The notes below the pieces were generated by a model. That model made no database searches. It was not told the DNA's origin and was given only the letters and a program-made list of their open reading frames with translations. Made by a program: the position numbers and the translations under genes. This document shows, one piece after another, positions 1 through 7,247 of a stretch of 10,583 bases of DNA (positions within the stretch are counted from its first letter, which is position 1; each line of letters opens with the position of its first letter). Source of the DNA: Candidatus Hydrothermarchaeota archaeon (GTDB taxonomy: Archaea > CAYFZR01); the NCBI GenBank assembly GCA_046760505.1, contig JBHIEG010000042.1, forward strand, positions 1 to 10,583, in the 5' to 3' direction.

Positions 1-769
<769 letters not shown>

Positions 770-935
770 GGAGTGGTCGCATTTTTTGACGGTATTATGG
801 TCTACCAGGGCTTTTTTCGGATCGAAACTCTTGCGAGTACTTCGATCCACATCTCCTGTACCTACGGCAGGAATCGGTTCGTCATATTGAGGAGTTTCTC
901 CTCTCTCGGATCCACGCCTTCTACCGCAGGGCAAC
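770..935 (-). other. Pre-rRNA 5' external transcribed spacer with stable hairpins
   Basis: Lies between the TATA box at 957-964 and the 16S 5' end. Contains the hairpin GGAUCGAA-GU-ACUC-GCAA-GAGU-UUCGAUCC (819-848, GNRA loop) and a GAGGAG/CUCCUC hairpin. The upstream boundary is inferred from TATA spacing. Confidence 0.75.
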
Positions 936-956
936 ATTTAATTGATTGATACCGGG

Positions 957-970
957 TATTTAAATTTTTA
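957..970 (-). promoter_or_regulatory. rRNA operon promoter (A-rich BRE-like element + TATA box TTTAAATA)
   Basis: Minus strand reads CCTAAAAATTTAAATACC. TTTAAATA is at 964-957, with candidate G start sites about 30 nt downstream at 935/932. Confidence 0.7.
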
Positions 971-1002
971 GGTTGATTCCAACTATAAGATCTCTCTTCT
1001 CA

Positions 1003-1017
1003 GATAAAAACCTTTTT
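1003..1017 (-). promoter_or_regulatory. Possible second, upstream rRNA promoter
   Basis: Minus strand reads AAAAAGG-TTTTTATC, a purine-rich BRE-like run followed by a TATA-like box. Tandem promoters are common at archaeal rRNA operons. Confidence 0.35.
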
Positions 1018-1116
1018 AACATCCATGTTGTCTAGAGTATCTATCCTACTAGATCAAGTTAAACATTTTTATGGCAAAACATTGCGGAATATTATTGATA
1101 TTACTGTACAGCAACA

Positions 1117-1124
1117 TATATAAA
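1117..1124 (+). promoter_or_regulatory. TATA box for tRNA-His
   Basis: TATATAAA begins 42 nt upstream of the tRNA G-1, implying a leader of about 12 nt. Confidence 0.65.
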
Positions 1125-1158
1125 CAAGACCTTACCAAAGGCTTCCAGATCAAAACGT

Positions 1159-1231
1159 GGCCGGGGTGGGGTAGTGGTTATCCTATGGGACTGTGGATCC
1201 CATGACTCGGGTTCGAATCTCGGCCCCGGCC
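1159..1231 (+). tRNA. tRNA-His (anticodon GUG), no intron, G-1 encoded, CCA not encoded
   Basis: Acceptor stem GCCGGGG(1160-1166)/CCCCGGC(1224-1230). D arm GGGT-AGTGGTTA-TCCT. Anticodon arm TGGGA-CT-GTG-GA-TCCCA (GTG at 1193-1195). T loop TTCGAAT. Discriminator C at 1231 can pair with G1159 and is followed by CTA. Confidence 0.97.
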
Positions 1232-1278
1232 CTACCTTATTTATAATTCATTTCTCTTATCTATCAGGCAAGATTTAA

Positions 1279-2727
1279 TTAGTTAAATACAAATTTTGGC
1301 GTGAATGATATCACAAATGCGAATAAAAATGAAGAAATTGAGACAAACAAACCAATATATGAGTTTATTAGCCCATCTCCTTTGATTTGAGCGTAGAAAA
1401 TTGCCAAAATCGTTGAAATCACAACCGTAGCCAGAGCGAGAATTGTGTGGATTTTAACAGTTGGTGGGCTAAGAGAAGAAAATATGAGATAGTTCACATG
1501 CGCTAAAGTACTGTATGCAATGCCGGTTGTGGCATTTAGCAGAGGTACTGCCAGTAGAGATCCCCATTTGAATGCGTCCGTGCTTTCTCTTAACATTTCT
1601 TTGCTTTCTTTCTCAAACATCTGTTTTGCCTTCAAATTTTGATATACGCTATCTAAAGTCCTTGAACATGCGTGATAATCTTCTCTTCCTAAATCATCCA
1701 GTATTAAAAGTAACAATCTAAGGTATTCATTTTCTTCCGAATTTCTGTCCATAAATCTGGAGATAATTCTCTCTATATCTGGACAAATTTCTTTGGGAAC
1801 GATTTTTTCCAAAGATTTCAAGGCGTTCAACGGGCTCTTTGTTTGCTCTAGTTGGACAGATAGATGGTAGAAAAAATCTATGTAATACTCCTCCTCGAGA
1901 TCTCTTTTGTATTTTCCCCTGAAAATATCGATGTTTGGTAAAAAGAAACTTGATAAGAAGAAGATTCCAAGTGATAAAGAAAAAAGTAAGGCTAGATCTA
2001 TTTTATTGAAGAATATAGCGAGAAATAAGATACTAAAAAAAATTCCAAGGGGATTTTTCTTGTCTTTCACATTAATAACTTCTAATTCAAACAAATGAAC
2101 ACCGGATGAGAATAAAAGGAGAGGATAGAAGACGAAGAAATAGAATATGATGAGAAATTCATCATATTCGGTAAAACCCAACATAATTACCAACACTATT
2201 CCAATCATCAAAGGCAGTATTACGCAAAACATCAGAAAAAAAGAGGAATTTATCCTTAATCTTTGAGCTTTAACTTTTTTATCCAAATTTTGTGCCCTGT
2301 AAAAACTATTCAAAATTTGATCCAGTTGTGTTACTCTTTCATCCAAGCTTTTATTTTCTATCGCTGAAATTATCCTTAACAGTGAGAGAGAAATGAAACC
2401 CTCAAATTTACTTGCCAAATCCTTAATTGCGCTTGTATATGTATTGTAATGATTTACCCTCACCTTCCACGTTATCTCATTGGCTAATCGATTATATTTG
2501 GCTGTATTTTCAAAAGCGTATGATAATATAGGTCTAATCTTTAAATAAGCTATTATTTTGGGAATTAAATCAGAAACTAGATCGATTTCCCTATCTTTTT
2601 CTTCTTTCTTTATTGATGAAAGGACAATAAAAAAAATTCCGAGTAGAGAGCATTCGTAACCGGCAAAAAAGCCAAGTACAAAAAAGATTGTACCAAATAA
2701 GGGAAGGGTACAATCATCGATATCCAA
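1279..2727 (-). CDS. Type II secretion system F family / TadB-TadC-like membrane platform protein (two-half architecture)
   Basis: 482 aa with multiple transmembrane segments alternating with two helical soluble regions (e.g. YIDFFYHLSVQLEQTKSPLNAL). TTG start 8 nt after GAGGAGGT. Overlaps the ATPase gene by 14 nt. The family call rests on architecture and context. Confidence 0.75.
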   Translation of the reverse strand: MDIDDCTLPLFGTIFFVLGFFAGYECSLLGIFFIVLSSIKKEEKDREIDLVSDLIPKIIAYLKIRPILSYAFENTAKYNRLANEITWKVRVNHYNTYTSAIKDLASKFEGFISLSLLRIISAIENKSLDERVTQLDQILNSFYRAQNLDKKVKAQRLRINSSFFLMFCVILPLMIGIVLVIMLGFTEYDEFLIIFYFFVFYPLLLFSSGVHLFELEVINVKDKKNPLGIFFSILFLAIFFNKIDLALLFSLSLGIFFLSSFFLPNIDIFRGKYKRDLEEEYYIDFFYHLSVQLEQTKSPLNALKSLEKIVPKEICPDIERIISRFMDRNSEENEYLRLLLLILDDLGREDYHACSRTLDSVYQNLKAKQMFEKESKEMLRESTDAFKWGSLLAVPLLNATTGIAYSTLAHVNYLIFSSLSPPTVKIHTILALATVVISTILAIFYAQIKGDGLINSYIGLFVSISSFLFAFVISFTPKFVFN

Positions 2728-4633
2728 AACCAGTTACCTCCTCTCTCCATAGGCTATAAATATCTTTTTCTCCAAAAAATTTGTGCCAAAGATTGTTTAA
2801 TCTAAAGAATTCATCTAACTCAAGTAATCTGGCATTTCTGCTTCCCATATCTAATATTTCATCAAAGAATAGACACCGGTTTTCCAAGTAGTTCATCGCT
2901 TCAGAGAACTTAAACCCAATTTTTTTGGATTTTTCTTTGAGCATAAGTGATTTAGTTAGATCGCCCGGTACACACGAGAATATTTCTTCGTCAAAAACAA
3001 ACAACTTTTTGAATGCTTCCTCAGCTACAGGATCTTCAAGCCAAGGAATTTGTTCTTCGATTGAAATCAGCTTCCTCGAATACTTTTTCTTTCTTTGTTT
3101 TATCGAAACCGAAATCAGCAAATCAGTTGCTTTAAAGGATTGTTTCGGTACATTTAGATCAAATACAACCCTCTCGAAACAATCTTTCGCAGTATGGGCA
3201 TGTAATGTTCCTAGCACAGCCTTAGTCGAGGCGCCAATCCTTTGTCCCTCCCACAATATCTTTGCTTCTTTTGACCTGACCTCTCCCACCACAATAACTG
3301 ATTCTCCAGCCCGCAGTTGTGCTCTAAGACCCTTTTCTGCATCCATTTCAATGGTATCATCATCTTCGAGTACGCTCTTAATCTTACTTCTCAATATCTT
3401 CATTCCACACTTCTTGAAATCATGGACCGGCAGTTCTAGTGTATCTTCGATTACAGTTATTCTCTCATCTTTAGGCAGTTGAGCAAGCAATGCAGAAAGC
3501 AAAGAAGTTTTCCCAGCACTCCTATGGCCAATTATTATCATTGAAGCCCCAGTTAATAGCATGAAGTCCAAAAAAGCCGCTGAAAAAGGATCAAGCATGC
3601 CTTTGCTGATTAAAAGTGGAAATGTCCATGGTTTACTCCTGAAGTTTCTCATACTCAGAGATATCCCATCCGGCGTAAAAGGAGGTCTTGTAACCATTAT
3701 TCTTGAGTCTCTGATCTCAGCATCTAGCACTGGATGCGCACTGTCAAATGGTCTCTTACAGATAGAGGAAATCAACATTGACCATCTCTCCAACTCAAAA
3801 TAAGAAGGCCTTAAGTTGGAAGAGATTAATCCAAAATCGCTATGCTCTAAGTAAAGAGGAGTCAGATTTTTTGGAGGGTCAACGTATATGTTTAAAACTT
3901 TTGGATCTTTCATCAGGTATTCCAAGGGCCCAAAGGCTATAAATCGATCAAAAAAACCTATTAACTCCTCAACCTCTCCAATTTCCAACTCATAAGATCT
4001 CTCGATAAAAATCTTTGAAACCTCTCTGTATTGGTGAGTAAGATCATTCGCAACCTCGTAAAAAATTTTAGATTGTTTTGGAGTGAAGTGAAACTCAGGT
4101 AAATCTAAGAAGTAAGTTATTTCATTCCCTTCGAGGATGTATACGCTGGCATCATCTATTTTGTAAAAATCTAGTATGACGACCTCTTCATTTGGTATGA
4201 TTTTATGTCTTCCTGAGCCATATGGACGTACATGCCAAGATACCTTTAAATTTTTTAAAAAGGCCTTGAGGTTTGAGTGCAAGGATATTAGATATTCATT
4301 GCACTTCTTACATAGATCTTCTCTTTTTTCTAAGTTTTCTTCAGAAAATAATTTTAAAACCAGATATTTCCTCTCTCCATGGCAATCATCACATATTTTG
4401 CTTTGGAGGAAATGAGAAACTTTTTCTATAAGATCTCTTAGATAAAAAATTTTTTCTACACTTTCCTCCTCATAAACCTTGCAATATCCATCAAAGAAGA
4501 CTAAAGGCTTTTTTTTGAGTTTGTCGATGATTTCTATTCCACAATTGATTAGAGAACCCTCTAACCCACAATTTTTACAATCGATCCATTGCTCATCTTC
4601 ATTAAACATGATTTCACAGTCATTTTTTTTCAT
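2714..4633 (-). CDS. Type II/IV secretion traffic ATPase (VirB11/TadA/CpaF-like) with Cys-rich N-terminal domain
   Basis: Walker A GHRSAGKTS, Asp box ITVIEDTLEL, Walker B VIVVGEVR, His box GTLHA, preceded by the FGPLEYLMKDP and LSMRNF motifs. The N-terminus has CKNC, CDDC and CKKC. Confidence 0.93.
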   Translation of the reverse strand: MKKNDCEIMFNEDEQWIDCKNCGLEGSLINCGIEIIDKLKKKPLVFFDGYCKVYEEESVEKIFYLRDLIEKVSHFLQSKICDDCHGERKYLVLKLFSEENLEKREDLCKKCNEYLISLHSNLKAFLKNLKVSWHVRPYGSGRHKIIPNEEVVILDFYKIDDASVYILEGNEITYFLDLPEFHFTPKQSKIFYEVANDLTHQYREVSKIFIERSYELEIGEVEELIGFFDRFIAFGPLEYLMKDPKVLNIYVDPPKNLTPLYLEHSDFGLISSNLRPSYFELERWSMLISSICKRPFDSAHPVLDAEIRDSRIMVTRPPFTPDGISLSMRNFRSKPWTFPLLISKGMLDPFSAAFLDFMLLTGASMIIIGHRSAGKTSLLSALLAQLPKDERITVIEDTLELPVHDFKKCGMKILRSKIKSVLEDDDTIEMDAEKGLRAQLRAGESVIVVGEVRSKEAKILWEGQRIGASTKAVLGTLHAHTAKDCFERVVFDLNVPKQSFKATDLLISVSIKQRKKKYSRKLISIEEQIPWLEDPVAEEAFKKLFVFDEEIFSCVPGDLTKSLMLKEKSKKIGFKFSEAMNYLENRCLFFDEILDMGSRNARLLELDEFFRLNNLWHKFFGEKDIYSLWREEVTGFGYR

Positions 4634-4772
4634 TTTTACTCAGTCTTACGATTGTTCTTGTCAAAATCTCATGCTTAGCCTTCAATATTTTTAATTCCTG
4701 CAGTAAATACCTGTAGTTATTCTCCAAATCGGAAATCCTCCTCAGTAACTCCACATCATTTTTCTTGAACAT
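4620..4772 (-). CDS. Small 50-aa coiled-coil protein (not in the ORF track), first gene of the secretion/pilus operon
   Basis: Manual translation gives MFKKNDVELLRRISDLENNYRYLLQELKILKAKHEILTRTIVRLSKNEKK*. It has a heptad pattern of hydrophobic residues, its ATG is 30 nt after the first base of TTTATATT, and it overlaps the ATPase start by 14 nt. Confidence 0.72.
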   Translation of the reverse strand: MFKKNDVELLRRISDLENNYRYLLQELKILKAKHEILTRTIVRLSKNEKK

Positions 4773-4794
4773 ATCTCTTGATGAACTAGATGAA

Positions 4795-4808
4795 AATATA
4801 AACCTCTA
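4795..4808 (-). promoter_or_regulatory. Promoter for the secretion/pilus operon (probable leaderless transcript)
   Basis: Minus strand reads TAGAGG-TTTATATT. This spacing places the transcription start at or next to the ATG at 4772. Confidence 0.55.
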
Positions 4809-4945
4809 CCACGCTCATGTCACATAAATCTCATAAAGGGCAAATCTTAGAGGAATATATTGAAATAGCGGTTAGTGTTCTTAACTAATGCCCCACAAGA
4901 CTGTTTTAACTTCTATTTCTCCCATGAGAGCATCGAACAACTAAA

Positions 4946-4971
4946 TTTAAATATAATCGCTATGTTCATAG
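4946..4971 (+). promoter_or_regulatory. TATA box TTTAAATA followed by palindrome CTATG-TT-CATAG
   Basis: TATA at 4946-4953 and a perfect 5+5 inverted repeat at 4960-4971. The predicted start site is about 4976. Confidence 0.5.
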
Positions 4972-4975
4972 TTCC

Positions 4976-5062
4976 GAGCGCCAGCTCTCTCATTACCCCT
5001 GATTGCTCGCCTTACTGGCGCTCTCCCCTCCCCACAGAGTACAAATTCGATGCAAGTATTCT
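4976..5062 (+). ncRNA. Candidate structured small RNA or 5' leader
   Basis: Perfect 9-bp stem GAGCGCCAG(4976-4984)/CTGGCGCTC(5015-5023) in a GC-rich patch within an AT-rich intergenic region. A second 7-bp stem AGAGUAC(5036-5042)/GUAUUCU(5056-5062) has one G-U pair. Strand and ends are inferred. Confidence 0.45.
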
Positions 5063-5088
5063 TATAGTATGGAATAAATTCCGAGGTC

Positions 5089-5457
5089 ATGGACCCATTG
5101 GAACCTGTTAAATTCGCTGTTTTGTTTGCTATATTGTTTTCATTTGGTGTTTGGCTTACGGGAAATATGAAAGAATCCATTGAAGAGTTAAGATTCATGA
5201 GCGAAGTTCAGAATATAAAGAAACCCTTACATGAGGTAATGATGGCTCAAGGAGAATCGTTCATGTTTTATGAGATATCTATACCTGAAAACTACTTCAT
5301 TTCATTCTCTGGGAAAAGAATCTGGATTTATAAGGATAATAAGCCCTATACATATGTTGAGTTGCCATATTCTACAAAAAAAATGACTCTGGAGTCAGGA
5401 AATCACAAAATAAAGCTCAAAAATAAGGATAACATGATTGAAATAGAAATCCTATAA
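5089..5457 (+). CDS. Pilin-like single-pass membrane protein
   Basis: 122 aa. N-terminal hydrophobic helix (FAVLFAILFSFGVWL), a long amphipathic helix, then a beta-rich domain. Divergent from the secretion ATPase operon. The gene call is solid; the pilin function is inferred. Confidence 0.6.
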   Translation: MDPLEPVKFAVLFAILFSFGVWLTGNMKESIEELRFMSEVQNIKKPLHEVMMAQGESFMFYEISIPENYFISFSGKRIWIYKDNKPYTYVELPYSTKKMTLESGNHKIKLKNKDNMIEIEIL

Positions 5458-5468
5458 AATTTAACATT

Positions 5469-6704
5469 TTAAATTTCAATGGCAGGCGCTTTTCCCACTT
5501 CTCCGGCCTTTACTATCGCATACTTTACGCTTGGAGGACCTATTATCTGGAGCACCAATGTTGTGGCAGTTATCACATTTATCACCAAAAGGCTCATTTC
5601 TTGAGCAGCAGGACCTAATGTAGCAAAATCATGGTAAATAGCCAAGGCCAATCCTACAGCAACCCCTGCTTGGGAGAACAGGCACAGATTCAGGTACTTA
5701 CGTACATTTTCACTCGCGCCTGATATCCAGGAACCTAGGGTGGCGCCTGTCATTTTTCCAAGGCTCCTTAAAATAAGATAAATCAAACCGATGGCTCCCA
5801 TTTTTGCTAGTAAGCCTATTTTTAGTCTGGCACCAACGAATACGAAGAAAATGACGTATATGGGTGGAACTACTACTTGAACTATGTTGAAGACCTCGTC
5901 ACTTTCTGCAAGGTTAATGTAGGAAACTCCAAATAACATGCTAGTTAGGATGCAGGAAAGACCGTATTTTTCAGAAATACCGCAGCCTATGGTAATAAGG
6001 GCAACGGTTAGAATAAGTTCTCCTGTTCTATCTGTCACTTTCTTCAAGGAAAAAGCAAGGAAAATTCCTAATATGGATCCTAATGCCACAGATCCGAATA
6101 TTTCCAGTAAAGGTTTTCCTATAGCGTAAAGCCATGAAACTAAGCTCTCACCAAAAAATATTTTAGCATAAGACGAGGCAAAACTGTACAAAATTATTGA
6201 TACAGCATCATCTAAACCAACAATTGCCAGTAGAGTCGTAGTTAGAACGCCTTTGGATCTATACTCCCACAAAACATCGACAGTAGCCGCAGGTGCGGTA
6301 GCTGAGGATATTGCTCCGAAAATCAATGCCAAGTGCAATTTTTTCGTATAAAGGTATATTCCCAACGTTACAAGGATAAACGCCATTAGAGATTCGAAAA
6401 TCAAAATTGTTGAAATGCTTTTACCCAATCTTTTGACAGTTTCTATCCTGAAGTGACCTCCAATATTGAAACCGATGAATGCAAGAGCCAGCAATATCAA
6501 TGGTCTTGACTTATCCAGTATTTCGGTTGAAAAAATCCCTACGAGAGATTCTCCAAGGAGAACACCCATTAAGATGAATCCAACTACCTCTGGTATTCCA
6601 ATCCTATGAAAGAATCTACCAGCAAAGAATCCCATCGCTATGGCAATGCCGAAGATAAGAAGGACATTTTCCTCGCTGATAGGTACCATACCGGCTAAGT
6701 TCAT
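5469..6704 (-). CDS. CPA2-family cation:proton antiporter (Na+/H+ exchanger, Kef/NapA-like)
   Basis: 411 aa polytopic membrane protein with IPEVVGFILMGVLLG, SSATAPAATVDVL, GLDDA, FFVFVGA, LRSLGK and SQAGVAVGL motifs. No C-terminal RCK domain. Confidence 0.92.
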   Translation of the reverse strand: MNLAGMVPISEENVLLIFGIAIAMGFFAGRFFHRIGIPEVVGFILMGVLLGESLVGIFSTEILDKSRPLILLALAFIGFNIGGHFRIETVKRLGKSISTILIFESLMAFILVTLGIYLYTKKLHLALIFGAISSATAPAATVDVLWEYRSKGVLTTTLLAIVGLDDAVSIILYSFASSYAKIFFGESLVSWLYAIGKPLLEIFGSVALGSILGIFLAFSLKKVTDRTGELILTVALITIGCGISEKYGLSCILTSMLFGVSYINLAESDEVFNIVQVVVPPIYVIFFVFVGARLKIGLLAKMGAIGLIYLILRSLGKMTGATLGSWISGASENVRKYLNLCLFSQAGVAVGLALAIYHDFATLGPAAQEMSLLVINVITATTLVLQIIGPPSVKYAIVKAGEVGKAPAIEI

Positions 6705-6738
6705 AGTATCACGACCACACTATTTTTCCTCATCCATC

Positions 6739-7194
6739 CTATCCAGAGAATTCAGCTATAGCCTGTATTATATCGGCTCTCGAAACGATTCCTACGAGTT
6801 TTCCTTTTTCATCTACCACAGGAAGTCTATTTATGTGTTTTTCGCTCATTATACGTGCTGCTTCAGAAATACCAGTTTCAGGAGAGACTGTTTCTACCTT
6901 TTTGGTCATAATCTCCTTCACTTTTGTTGAAGCATTCCTTTCAATATCCCTAAGGGCCCTATCTAATTCTTCTCTAATTTTTGATGAGAGTTCCCAGACA
7001 TACAAATGTCCTACTGTCTCCTTTTCACATATTTCCATTATATCCGCTTCAGTTACTATTCCAACAACTTTTCCTTCAAGAATTACAGGTAATCCACTGA
7101 TTCTATTATTTTTCAGTATATTCACAACATCTAGAACAGTTTCATCTGGACCTACGGTAATTACATTCTTGGTCATTATGTCTTTAACCTTCAT
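6739..7194 (-). CDS. CBS-pair domain protein (151 aa; start revised to ATG 7194)
   Basis: MKVKDIMTKNVITV...ISGLPVI...VVGIVTEADI and KVKEIMTKKVETV...INRLPVVD...LVGIVSRADI. AAGGA lies upstream of ATG 7194. The ORF track's TTG start at 7239 falls in a T-rich intergenic stretch. Confidence 0.92.
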   Translation of the reverse strand: MKVKDIMTKNVITVGPDETVLDVVNILKNNRISGLPVILEGKVVGIVTEADIMEICEKETVGHLYVWELSSKIREELDRALRDIERNASTKVKEIMTKKVETVSPETGISEAARIMSEKHINRLPVVDEKGKLVGIVSRADIIQAIAEFSG

Positions 7195-7229
7195 AGTCGT
7201 TCCTTTTAGGTATGATACAGTTAATTTGT

Positions 7230-7247
7230 AAAAACTCAAATAAAAAA
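7230..7247 (-). terminator. Possible oligo-T terminator
   Basis: TTTTTTATTTGAGTTTTT directly follows the stop codon at 7248 on the minus strand. Confidence 0.35.

Noticed and set aside
965-1116. AT-rich spacer as a replication origin; weak TCTAG/CTAGA inverted repeat
   Set aside because: No ORB-like repeats and no adjacent cdc6/orc1 gene. Divergent promoters explain the composition.
2925-3482. 185-aa plus-strand ORF (and others at 1907, 3561, 4176, 4479)
   Set aside because: Antisense shadows of the ATPase and platform genes, with skewed composition (mostly Ser/Phe-rich) and no recognisable motifs.
4881-4925. 14-aa minus-strand ORF MGEIEVKTVLWGIS downstream of a TATA-like box
   Set aside because: Too short to tell from chance without conservation or ribosome profiling data.
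4976-5036. H/ACA or C/D guide RNA interpretation of the hairpin
   Set aside because: No ACA directly after the basal stem on either strand and no convincing box C/box D pair, so it is kept only as an unclassified structured RNA.
4875-5198. 78-aa (+) and 83-aa (-) ORFs in the divergent intergenic region
   Set aside because: No protein-like features. They overlap the better supported 5089 gene, the TATA box and the hairpin element.
1200-5460. Possible island integrated at tRNA-His (AT-rich pilus locus beside a tRNA 3' end)
   Set aside because: No integrase or transposase, and I found no duplicate of the tRNA 3' end in the window.
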